DNA of 64,000 nt, taken from sequence record LC727701.1. The stretch is one strand, 5' to 3'. The translations under genes were made by a program, and so were the position numbers. Position 1 is the first letter of the stretch. Each line of letters opens with the position of its first letter. Under the pieces are notes generated by a model that did not search any database, was not told the DNA's origin, and was given only the letters and a program-made list of their open reading frames with translations. This document shows, piece by piece, positions 47,752-56,426 of the stretch.

Positions 47752-48172
47752 GTGTCATATGCTTACAATGGTTCCGTTATACCCTGGTGTGAGAGGATAT
47801 CTTGAAGACTCGGTATTTTCAAAGAATGGGATTAATGATATTGGTTATCATAAATGGCTATCCCCTAAACGAATGGTAGGTCCAGATGGACTAATCATTA
47901 GTGAGGTAAAGATAACTCCACGTATAGCCAGAATGGAAGGCGAAGTAATTCTTAAAGTATGGGATAAATGGCGAAGAGCCCAGCCTAAGCTAGTTGCTAC
48001 TGTGTATATTGATCCTAAAGATAATTCATACAGGGTAGAAGTAGAGCCTTTTTATGCATGTCGTCGGATATTACTTGAGGTGGATTTATGGGCTCAAGTA
48101 ATACCTGGTGACCGTGCACCATTTGTAAATGACTCTGTAGATGGTACATGGGCATCAAGAGATATTATTTAA
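47738..48172 (+). CDS. Hypothetical protein (144 aa)
   Basis: Overlapping operon packing. Confidence 0.7.
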   Translation: MDHYRCHMLTMVPLYPGVRGYLEDSVFSKNGINDIGYHKWLSPKRMVGPDGLIISEVKITPRIARMEGEVILKVWDKWRRAQPKLVATVYIDPKDNSYRVEVEPFYACRRILLEVDLWAQVIPGDRAPFVNDSVDGTWASRDII

Positions 48173-48468
48173 TGCTTATACCAATTAAACTTCGTAAGAC
48201 ATTTAAAAGACTGGGCAAAAGACATTCTAAAAGAGTGTTGGCTGCTCAGTCATCTTTTCTGCCGTTCGGTGAATTAACGTTGAGGAAGCAAAGAATGCCT
48301 AAGAAAAATAAAGAATATATTCTTGATGTTATTGATACTAATACTAAAGAACTACAGGCACAGATTAATACGTTAAGTGAACTTGTATGTGAGCAACAGA
48401 AACAAATTAGTTTACTAAACAGAACACTAGTTGAGTTACAAGATAATTTGAAAAAAGATAGGGATTAA
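48148..48468 (+). CDS. Hypothetical coiled-coil protein
   Basis: Heptad-like C-terminus; start uncertain. Confidence 0.55.
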   Translation: MGIKRYYLMLIPIKLRKTFKRLGKRHSKRVLAAQSSFLPFGELTLRKQRMPKKNKEYILDVIDTNTKELQAQINTLSELVCEQQKQISLLNRTLVELQDNLKKDRD

Positions 48469-48470
48469 AA

Positions 48471-48800
48471 ATGAATGTAGATTATGTGTACCTACTTTTG
48501 ACCTTATTCTGGATAGTTGTTTTATTTTCATTTAGCTATGTATCTCAACGTTATAAACGAATTAAAGAAAAACGAAGAGCTGATTTTCTAGTTAAAAGAA
48601 AATTAGTATATAATTATTTCAAAGTAACAGATCCTTCTGAATTAACTAATGATTCTATAGAAAGTATCATACTTAAATTAATTGGTGATAATTATAGAAA
48701 ATTAACAGATATACAGAAAGTAGTAATTAGGGCAGCAGCAGCTCGTGGTTATATGAATAACCCTAATAAACCAATTGGCAAACATTTGAAATATATGTGA
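48471..48800 (+). CDS. Small membrane-anchored protein (109 aa)
   Basis: N-terminal YVYLLLTLFWIVVLFSFSYV followed by a basic stretch. Confidence 0.7.
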   Translation: MNVDYVYLLLTLFWIVVLFSFSYVSQRYKRIKEKRRADFLVKRKLVYNYFKVTDPSELTNDSIESIILKLIGDNYRKLTDIQKVVIRAAAARGYMNNPNKPIGKHLKYM

Positions 48801-48810
48801 GTTATAAAAA

Positions 48811-49326
48811 ATGTCAGAAAACTGCCCGTTATATATAGCTGCTATTAAAAAAGATCTTTTAAAAACAACAGGTTTGTATAAACCTTATAATGATTCACCA
48901 ATAGCTGTGGTTAGTAATGAAACCAGTAAGTGGCATGTAATGCTAAATATATTACGACATGGTTGGGAATGGATTGAAATACCTGAAGGTGAGATTAAAC
49001 AACCGGAAAGTTACCATGACTATGTTATTCTAGCATTAACCACTGTATTAACTGATACTTTAGATTATAAAAATGATCCAAACTCTGATAAATATATCAA
49101 GCAAATAATCTGTACTGATATAGCACTAAAAGTTGAATATGATAAATTAATCAATGTGCTAGAGACAAGTAACGAGTTAGATTTAGCTGATGAATACACC
49201 TTTACTAAACAAGGTAATCTCAGAGGATATTTCCATTATGATGAGTATTATGGTTTAGATGTACTGGCATGTGCATCTTATGTGATCTGTTCACATATCG
49301 AACTAACACCTAGAAATGTTAAATAA
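48811..49326 (+). CDS. Hypothetical protein (171 aa)
   Basis: Operon packing. Confidence 0.7.
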   Translation: MSENCPLYIAAIKKDLLKTTGLYKPYNDSPIAVVSNETSKWHVMLNILRHGWEWIEIPEGEIKQPESYHDYVILALTTVLTDTLDYKNDPNSDKYIKQIICTDIALKVEYDKLINVLETSNELDLADEYTFTKQGNLRGYFHYDEYYGLDVLACASYVICSHIELTPRNVK

Positions 49327-49338
49327 TAGGAACTACTG

Positions 49339-49938
49339 ATGAAAAAACGTACCGCTTATATCGATCGTGCTAAATTCCGAGATTTTCTAGCCGAGAAAAA
49401 AATTAGCGTAAGTAGCCGACAGTGGATTGAAAAGAGCCACCCAGATCATAAAGAATATTACAAGGCAATCCTAGATTACGTCGTATCTAATGTAAAATTC
49501 AAAGAAGAACGTTATATTGAAAAGGCAAATGAGGTTATTATTAATGGGTGTATTCGATATCATCTACCCATTCACGCTCAACGTGCACTAACTGTAGTTG
49601 AAGAAGAATTCATTAATAATGCTAGTCTTCAATTTACTTATCTGAATGATAATGATACTAATATCGCCAATATTAACTTTGAAGAAGTTCTTGATGCACA
49701 AGTAACTGAGAATGAAACTGAACTAAGACAAAGTTGGGAATATGTCAATTGTGATATCAACCCATCAGAATACTTTATTGATGTTGTTGATGTACCAGAA
49801 GAACTAATTCTTCGTCTATCTGTATTCCGTTTTGTACACAGTATCAAGAAACTGGAAGTAAAGGATAAGTTAGATCTTGCCGATGTTGTAGGTAAAGATC
49901 TAGTTATTGAAGATGGTAACGTTAAGGTTGTAGAATGA
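49339..49938 (+). CDS. Hypothetical protein (199 aa)
   Basis: AGGA RBS. Confidence 0.8.
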   Translation: MKKRTAYIDRAKFRDFLAEKKISVSSRQWIEKSHPDHKEYYKAILDYVVSNVKFKEERYIEKANEVIINGCIRYHLPIHAQRALTVVEEEFINNASLQFTYLNDNDTNIANINFEEVLDAQVTENETELRQSWEYVNCDINPSEYFIDVVDVPEELILRLSVFRFVHSIKKLEVKDKLDLADVVGKDLVIEDGNVKVVE

Positions 49939-49991
49939 TTTAAGGCTATTTTAGTAGCTTTATATTCTGATCTTAGCAACCTAGGTACAAC

Positions 49992-50360
49992 GTGATGCAA
50001 TGTTTAACACACGTAATGAAGTTAGTGGCCGTATTAAGTACGTTGTTATACTTATCAAACCCACTAGCTGCATCGTTGGTAGTTGACGAGAATTACTGTA
50101 ATGGTGTTGCACTTATAGCACATGCCACAGCAGAAGCACGTCAGCGTAAAACACCCATTTTACAATGGGAAGAAAACCTACGATCCCTAAAAGGGTACGG
50201 CGTGAAGAACAAAGATAACGTTCTTTACAATGTTCTCCCAGCAGCAATTAAAGAGGTGCACGTTGTGTATTCACGTAGACAAAGCCCACGTGATGCATAC
50301 GTTACATCATTTAAAACCTGTATGGATAACAACTACGGTAAAGCTGTGGTTGTAAAATAA
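49992..50360 (+). CDS. Secreted helical protein with two Cys
   Basis: Signal-like KLVAVLSTLLYLSNPLAA; YCNG..AEARQRKTP..FKTCM. Confidence 0.7.
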   Translation: MMQCLTHVMKLVAVLSTLLYLSNPLAASLVVDENYCNGVALIAHATAEARQRKTPILQWEENLRSLKGYGVKNKDNVLYNVLPAAIKEVHVVYSRRQSPRDAYVTSFKTCMDNNYGKAVVVK

Positions 50361-50362
50361 AT

Positions 50363-50392
50363 ACCAGCCCTTCGGGGCTGGTTTATTTCATC
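50363..50392 (+). terminator. Intrinsic terminator, UUCG loop
   Basis: ACCAGCCC-TTCG-GGGCTGGT then TTATTT. Confidence 0.85.
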
Positions 50393-50395
50393 TAG

Positions 50396-50713
50396 ATGAG
50401 AATCTGTGGGTTGCAAATGTATAAAGTATTTGTTATATCAATGATAACACTAACAGCTATATCAACATGTGTAACTTTCATTATTAATATAAAAAATCAT
50501 TATATTCACTGGATGGGTGTTTATAAGGTTAGATATGTATTAGATAAAATGCCCAATGGCATAAGTTATTTTTTCTATCAAAATGCTGTCCAAGACATTA
50601 TAGATAAAGAATCATCTAAAATAACAAATCAACATATTTTTACATCTTTTATTTACGATATCAACTCATTGATTATATTAAAATGTAATAATAGGGAAAC
50701 AGCAAATGAATGA
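50396..50713 (+). CDS. Small membrane protein (~98-105 aa)
   Basis: Hydrophobic VFVISMITLTAISTCVTFII segment. Confidence 0.55.
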   Translation: MRICGLQMYKVFVISMITLTAISTCVTFIINIKNHYIHWMGVYKVRYVLDKMPNGISYFFYQNAVQDIIDKESSKITNQHIFTSFIYDINSLIILKCNNRETANE

Positions 50714-50996
50714 TATCATGACAGTAATTATAGGTATTTTGTTTCTGATTATAATGATGGCTTTAATTAACTGGGGTTATTATGCCATCAAACACACGAT
50801 AAAGTGTAACAGGCTTTATAAAGAAGCACTATCAATTATTGACAATATGAGTGATGGTTTATCTGAATACCAGTATACAGTAGCTATTGGACGTTTACGT
50901 AAAAAGGCATACTCTATCGACCATTTAACTGCTGTTAAAATGTTTGAAGCATTAGACTTAGTTATTAAAGATAAGTCAAGAAAGAAAAATAAATAA
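50706..50996 (+). CDS. Small membrane-anchored protein (96 aa)
   Basis: N-terminal IMTVIIGILFLIIMMALINWGYY; AGGG RBS. Confidence 0.7.
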   Translation: MNDIMTVIIGILFLIIMMALINWGYYAIKHTIKCNRLYKEALSIIDNMSDGLSEYQYTVAIGRLRKKAYSIDHLTAVKMFEALDLVIKDKSRKKNK

Positions 50997-51004
50997 GCAT
51001 AAAT

Positions 51005-51065
51005 AGGAGAGCTATTTAGCTCTCCTTTATTGCATTAAATTTTTTTTGAAATCTATATTACATAT
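51005..51065 (+). promoter_or_regulatory. Terminator followed by early promoter
   Basis: AGGAGAGCTA-TT-TAGCTCTCCT hairpin, then ATTGCATTAAATTT..TTTGAAATC-TATATTAC at 51054-51061. Confidence 0.8.
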
Positions 51066-51097
51066 TTGGTCAAGTCATATCAAAATAGGTAGTTATA

Positions 51098-51271
51098 ATG
51101 CTAGCATTACATTCACTACTATTATTAGTTATAGTGATTTGTTATATAATTCATAAGTGGTTGTGGTATACTTTCAATATGTTTAAACTAAAAGACATTA
51201 TTAAAAATAAAGACAATTTAACTAATGATGAACTATTAAAATTACTCATTGATAAAATAAAGGCAACCTAA
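51098..51271 (+). CDS. 57-aa early membrane-anchored protein missing from the ORF track
   Basis: MLALHSLLLLVIVICYIIHKWLWYTFNMFKLKDIIKNKDNLTNDELLKLLIDKIKAT; AGGT RBS; TAATG coupling to the next gene. Confidence 0.7.
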   Translation: MLALHSLLLLVIVICYIIHKWLWYTFNMFKLKDIIKNKDNLTNDELLKLLIDKIKAT

Positions 51272-51738
51272 TGTATCCATTCTTTACAGGTAATGAGAAA
51301 GTTACTGTAGATGTTCTTGATGATAAACATAATCTACATAGAAGTTGGACTGATTATAAACATCCCATCACGACGCGTGTGGATGGTAAACTAACCAATG
51401 TGTGGTATAAAGTTGAACCACCGATGAGTGCTAAGGATATTGAAAATAACTTTACAATTGACAAAGATAAAGTTAAATTATCTAATCGTTTGCACCAGGC
51501 TTTAGATGCATCGTTGATTAAAAATGAATTAGAAGAGTTTAACAAATTAATTGATCTATGCGTAAAACATGTTAATTCAGTTAGTATTCATCTAGGTCTT
51601 ACTATTTGGAAATTAGCAGATACTGTAAAATATGAAAAAGCAGATTTAAAGAAATTATTTAATGTGCATTATACCAAATCTACTGAACTTGTAAAAGAAA
51701 AGAATATAGTGCCCTCAGTAGAAGATATCTTCCTATAA
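51271..51738 (+). CDS. Hypothetical protein (155 aa)
   Basis: Translationally coupled to the upstream small ORF. Confidence 0.75.
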   Translation: MYPFFTGNEKVTVDVLDDKHNLHRSWTDYKHPITTRVDGKLTNVWYKVEPPMSAKDIENNFTIDKDKVKLSNRLHQALDASLIKNELEEFNKLIDLCVKHVNSVSIHLGLTIWKLADTVKYEKADLKKLFNVHYTKSTELVKEKNIVPSVEDIFL

Positions 51739-51760
51739 TTTATTTAAAGGTAATACAAAT

Positions 51761-52669
51761 ATGCTTAAGGTAAAATCATTACTCACTGGCCATATTCTTC
51801 GAGCTACCTATGATTGGTTTCTTGAGAATAACTTCAGAGATATTCTAATTGTAGCACATACTCAATTAGTACCTGATTTATCTGAGGTAGCTCTAAAGCA
51901 TGCGAAAGAAGATCACACTATCACTTTCAATATCCATCCACGCTGTGCAAAGAATTTTTATATCAGTGACGAATATATCTCTTTCAATGTAACAGTAAAT
52001 GGAGTTGGGGTCAGTATTAAACTTCCTCTTTATGCAGTATTGGGTGTAGTTACACCTATTGATGATAATTCTAACGCATTCTTTGAAATGCCGCTAGTAG
52101 ATAGATATCTCAATGCAGATACTATTCGTGCAACATTAGAAGGAACTGTTAATAATGCAGTTGACAAAAACCCAGTATTAACTACCGTAGGTAATGTCAC
52201 TGAGGTTAATTTTAAAAATAAAGCCGATACCGCTAATGGTAAGTTAGTTGTAAGGAATACATCTGAGAATGAGCATGATCAGATGATTGAAAGCGCCATT
52301 AACAAAGTAACTGAATTTAGTAATCCAGAATTAGATGCACATATTAGAGTAGCGGTAACTGCAATTAAACAGAATGCACCAGAATTGATTATGGATTGGT
52401 GTGAGCGGGTTATTAATTGTACACGTAATGAAAACTATCAGGATAACATCAATGTACTTATGATGGAACTTCTCAGTTACCCTATTTCAAATGTGGTCAG
52501 TGAATCAACTGTTGACTCGGGCGACGATACATCTAATTCATTTGACAATGATGTAAATAAGATGGTTGAGGATTTCAATAATTCTTCCAATTCGCAGGTT
52601 ATTATTAATAAACCTTCTCGTCCTACCGGTCCACCAAAACTCACTGTTATTAAAGGTGGTAAGAAATGA
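51761..52669 (+). CDS. sspB: SspB-like ClpXP adaptor with a long linker and ClpX-binding tail
   Basis: ILRATYDWFLEN..ITFNIHPRCAKN..ISFNVTVNG..LPLYAVLG matches the SspB core; C-terminal RPTGPPKLTVIKGG resembles the XB motif (RPALRVVK). Confidence 0.85.
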   Translation: MLKVKSLLTGHILRATYDWFLENNFRDILIVAHTQLVPDLSEVALKHAKEDHTITFNIHPRCAKNFYISDEYISFNVTVNGVGVSIKLPLYAVLGVVTPIDDNSNAFFEMPLVDRYLNADTIRATLEGTVNNAVDKNPVLTTVGNVTEVNFKNKADTANGKLVVRNTSENEHDQMIESAINKVTEFSNPELDAHIRVAVTAIKQNAPELIMDWCERVINCTRNENYQDNINVLMMELLSYPISNVVSESTVDSGDDTSNSFDNDVNKMVEDFNNSSNSQVIINKPSRPTGPPKLTVIKGGKK

Positions 52670-52923
52670 ATGCAACTTTAGCAATTCTTTTTAGTAGTAT
52701 CAGTATCGCTGGTTATCAAGCCAATGGTGCATCGCAGTCAACCGCTGAGTTCTCTGACATGGCTACTTGTTTTAGCGCGATTGAGCGCATTCAAAAACTA
52801 GCTAAAGCAAGTGCTATTCGTAATAATGTAGAGACTGTAAAAATCAGTGATGGTGTTCTATTACGTTATTTTTCTTCTAGTACTAGTAAAGTAGAACATA
52901 CTCTAATCTGTGTAAATAAATAG
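52666..52923 (+). CDS. Small secreted protein with two Cys (85 aa)
   Basis: Signal-like N-terminus; EFSDMATC..LICV. Confidence 0.7.
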   Translation: MNATLAILFSSISIAGYQANGASQSTAEFSDMATCFSAIERIQKLAKASAIRNNVETVKISDGVLLRYFSSSTSKVEHTLICVNK

Positions 52924-52931
52924 GTACGGAT

Positions 52932-53639
52932 ATGTCTGAGAAAATGTATTTATCTTTTTCTGGAATTGGACACAATGACGTAATCAAACAAGATCTTAAT
53001 GGATTCGTTCCAATGGATGTATCAACTATTGATAATGAAGTAGCTAATCGATTATTTTACACTCCATTCAATAGTTCTGAACCAGGTACCTCATTACCTA
53101 ATGTTGCTAATGTGGTATTCAAGGTATTACCTATCCATATCGAGGATAACACTATCTGTGTTTTAGATAGTTGTTCTAGTACCGAATACTCATTGAATGA
53201 CTTAGTTGATACTAGTGTCTCATCATTAGAAACATATGGTCCATTATTAGATTTACGTAGTAGTGATCCAATTGAGACATATGCTAATCAGGCAGTGTAT
53301 ACTTGGTTAAATAAGAATATCTGTAATATCGAATTTGAAGTACATGGCGGGTTGCATTTGCAACTAACTGTTGACCAAGTGCGTTCCAATGTTAATGCAT
53401 TTGTAGCAGGTATTGATCTTGACATCGACGATAAATTGATGGTATATGTGGTGATTAAAATCAATGATCGTTTATACGATGCTTGGTCTAGTCAACATGT
53501 GGTGGAACCATTAACAATGTATCATGTGCAAGGTGGTCATGAGCCTATTGTCTATAGTGAGACCCATATTGAAAATAGCCTATTGCGATATGCTAAAGAG
53601 AAAGGTTGGGCTGAAATTTTGACTCGTATTGGTCTGTAA
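52932..53639 (+). CDS. Hypothetical protein (235 aa)
   Basis: Operon packing. Confidence 0.75.
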   Translation: MSEKMYLSFSGIGHNDVIKQDLNGFVPMDVSTIDNEVANRLFYTPFNSSEPGTSLPNVANVVFKVLPIHIEDNTICVLDSCSSTEYSLNDLVDTSVSSLETYGPLLDLRSSDPIETYANQAVYTWLNKNICNIEFEVHGGLHLQLTVDQVRSNVNAFVAGIDLDIDDKLMVYVVIKINDRLYDAWSSQHVVEPLTMYHVQGGHEPIVYSETHIENSLLRYAKEKGWAEILTRIGL

Positions 53640-53744
53640 TAAAAATACTTCTTATAGACTAATAATATAGGTAAGATACTAGCCGATTGGTTAGTTGCGC
53701 TTAGGGAGTCCTTCGGGACTCCCGTATATCGTCTAGGAGGTTTT

Positions 53745-54038
53745 ATGTATACAGTTACACTTGAACAAGTAGGACACCGTATACCGTCTAGTTTAAGTGC
53801 TTTTGTAATTAGACCGTTTGAAAATACCATTACGCATAATGATACGTCTTATTACTTGATCATGGGTAAAGATGATTTCGATAACATGCACATGGAATGG
53901 CGAGATGTAGCTGTAGTTGATAGTCAAGCCGTTATAGTTGCTACATACACTCCATCGAAAAACTCATTTAATCTTGTAAAAAATGAATTAGGTATACCGG
54001 TTGAAATCAAATACAAACGAATAGAGGTTGATCTGTGA
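53745..54038 (+). CDS. Hypothetical protein (97 aa)
   Basis: AGGAGG RBS. Confidence 0.8.
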   Translation: MYTVTLEQVGHRIPSSLSAFVIRPFENTITHNDTSYYLIMGKDDFDNMHMEWRDVAVVDSQAVIVATYTPSKNSFNLVKNELGIPVEIKYKRIEVDL

Positions 54039-54065
54039 TTACTAGTAAGGTTAAAGGAATGAAGT

Positions 54066-54266
54066 ATGGATCGTCTTGATGAAAGAATCGCATTCAGTGT
54101 AAGATCGTACAAAATTTTCAATGCTCTCGCCAATGGCCGAGTTCGAGCATTGATTATTAACTTTAAAGATGGTAAGGGCACGATCATGTCTATTAGCGAT
54201 GATCGCCGCCATGATAAACATCTCTGGTTCAACTGTGGACTAGTAGACAATCCAAGGATCAAGTAA
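54066..54266 (+). CDS. Hypothetical protein (66 aa)
   Basis: AAGGA RBS; TAATG coupling to thyA. Confidence 0.7.
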   Translation: MDRLDERIAFSVRSYKIFNALANGRVRALIINFKDGKGTIMSISDDRRHDKHLWFNCGLVDNPRIK

Positions 54267-55336
54267 TGGAACAATATCTTAATTCAATTCGTTTAGTTAA
54301 AGAACTCGGTGTACATAAAGGTGATCGTACTGGTACTGGTACTCAGAGCATGTTTGGTCAACAAGAACGTTATAGTTTACGTAACAACGTTCTACCCGTA
54401 GTAACTACTAAGAAAATTCATCTTCCATCTGTTATCCATGAATTATTCTGGATGCTTTCTGGTGATACTCGTGTAGATTATTTAATTGAAAATGGTGTAC
54501 GCATTTGGAATGAATGGGTTAAACCAAATACTGCGGTATATCGTGAGTTAAATCAAGAAGAGCTTGACTCAGCTATTCTAAAGAAAGTTGGTGGTCCATT
54601 TGCCCTTTATTTTCATTGTCTAGATGATGAAGTAATCATTCAGACTAGAGATGAGTTTGAAGCTTCTTTAAGTGGTGCTGAGATATTTAGCTTTTGGAAT
54701 CAATATCCAACCATTAATATCGAAGCTACCCATGTAGTTGGTGTTAACGCCGACCGCTGGAAGTTAGTATCTACTCTAGATTTCGATGAAAGTGTGACAC
54801 CAGAACTAATTAAATATGAATATGGTAAACGACTATATAAATTGCTATTTGGTGTTAAGCCTCTAAAACTCATCGGGGGTGATCTAGGTGCCGTTTACGG
54901 TAAGACATGGCGTGATCTCGAAGATACCCGTGTGATCCCAAAACACGAGTGGGCTGTTTACGAGGCACGTGGCTTTGACTTCGTAGTTGATATTCCAGGT
55001 ACTTACATGGAGAATGATCGGTGTGTTGTAACACGTCGTATTGATCAAATTCAAGACGTGATTGATCAACTTAAGACAAACCCTGATTCCCGTCGAATCA
55101 TCGTTTGTGCGTGGTCACCGCAACTCGTTGATGAACAGGCGCTCCCACCATGTCATAGCTTCTTTCAGTTCTGGACTCGTGAACTGACGCTAGAAGAACG
55201 GTATGACTGGGTCAAACTTAACGACACTGAAGCTCAACGTATTTTCCTTGAAGGTGCGCAACCGGAAACTGATCACGCACTGTGGGATAAACTTGGTGTT
55301 CCTAAACGTGCATTGAGCTGCCAGCTCTACCAGCGT
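54266..55336 (+). CDS. thyA: Thymidylate synthase, exon 1 (357 codons)
   Basis: DRTGTGT, TTKKIH, WNEW, GDLGAVYG, SRRIIV, ALPPCH, LSCQLYQR; ends at CGT before the intron. Confidence 0.95.
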
Positions 55337-56426
55337 TAAATACTAGCGCCTTCTAGGAGCAATCCTAGTCGAATAACCTATCTAAACGGGGAAACTCTCT
55401 ATGAGACAATCCCGTGCTAAATTGACTACGGTCATAAATGCCTAACGACTATCGAAACCACTCTGAGAAGAGGAAGGGAGTAGAGTAGGACCAAGTGGTC
55501 CGAAAAGGTAGGGGTCTCTTTTTAAGAGATCGTGATATAGTCTGTCCTGCATGGAGACATGCAGCGGTTTACTTAATGACTCCGCCAGATAAGGAGGGTG
55601 TTATTAATGACGTAGCTTATGTGTATTGCCTATTCACCAAAGAAGGAAAGGTATATGTCGGAAGTGCGCGAGATTTAGTTAAGCGCGTTCAACGACATTT
55701 CAGAGACCTTAGTAATTCCAAGCACCATAACTACCCATTACAACAAGAATACGATAACGGTGAAAGATTCTCGTTAAAGTACTATCGTTGTGAAAGTCGG
55801 GAATCAGCATTTACACTCGAACAGATGTGGATAACCAAGCATGAAGAAGAAGGTAACCTTCTTAATATTGGTAGACACTCCAAGGGTGGTGATAACTTAA
55901 CCAGGCATAACCTCAAAGAACAAATCATCGAGAAGCGGAGTGATACAATACGTATCAGACTTGATGAGATTGGAGCCGAGGCTCGTCAGGAAAAGTATGG
56001 TCGACCAGGTGAGCAGAATGGGATGTATGGTCGTACTCACACAGAAGAAGTTAAGGTAGCTCTATCCGAGTTACACACGGGTAACACTTACCGTCTTGGC
56101 ATTAAAGCTAGTGATGAGACAAGAGCCAGGATGTCGGAGATAGCTTCTCAGAGAACAGGCGAACGTAATCCATTCTACGGTAAAACACATTCCGAAGAAA
56201 CCAGAAAAAAGTTGGCGGATAACAAACGCGGTATAAAGCCAACTAACTCAAACAAACTTGAAGTGGACGGTGTTGTTTATTTATCCCAGGCCGATGCAGC
56301 TAAGGCTCTCGGAGTATCACAGGGTACAATAACATACCGAATTAACAGCAAGAATCCAAAGTATTCTGGTTATAAAGTCATTTAAGTAAACGGCTCAGGA
56401 TTAACGACCCTGGGTGAACATAAGAG
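55337..56426 (+). mobile_element. Group I (IA2, T4 td-like) self-splicing intron, 1090 nt
   Basis: P1 with U-G at the 5' splice site; P2 CTAGGA-GCAA-TCCTAG; core CTATCTAAACGGGGAA..GACAATCCCGTGCTAAAT; P7 GACTA (55447)/TAGTC (55538); P9 CTGCATG-GAGA-CATGCAG; 3' end GATTAACGAC..GAACATAAGAG; splicing restores LYQR|SVDTFLGKPFN. Confidence 0.95.
55576..56385 (+). CDS. Intron-encoded GIY-YIG homing endonuclease (I-TevI/I-BmoI-like); start codon uncertain
   Basis: AYVY-x9-KVYVGSARDLVKRVQRHF catalytic domain; two NUMOD3-like repeats (GEQNGMYGRTHTEE, GERNPFYGKTHSEE); C-terminal HTH (SQADAAKALGVSQGTI). Confidence 0.9.
   Translation: MTPPDKEGVINDVAYVYCLFTKEGKVYVGSARDLVKRVQRHFRDLSNSKHHNYPLQQEYDNGERFSLKYYRCESRESAFTLEQMWITKHEEEGNLLNIGRHSKGGDNLTRHNLKEQIIEKRSDTIRIRLDEIGAEARQEKYGRPGEQNGMYGRTHTEEVKVALSELHTGNTYRLGIKASDETRARMSEIASQRTGERNPFYGKTHSEETRKKLADNKRGIKPTNSNKLEVDGVVYLSQADAAKALGVSQGTITYRINSKNPKYSGYKVI

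Noticed and set aside
54518-54877. Intein within the large thyA insertion
   Set aside because: No Cys/Ser start and no His-Asn-Cys/Ser/Thr splice-junction motif at the boundaries
55495-55575. Track's GTG start for the homing endonuclease
   Set aside because: Lies inside the intron catalytic core (P8, P7, P9), with no RBS
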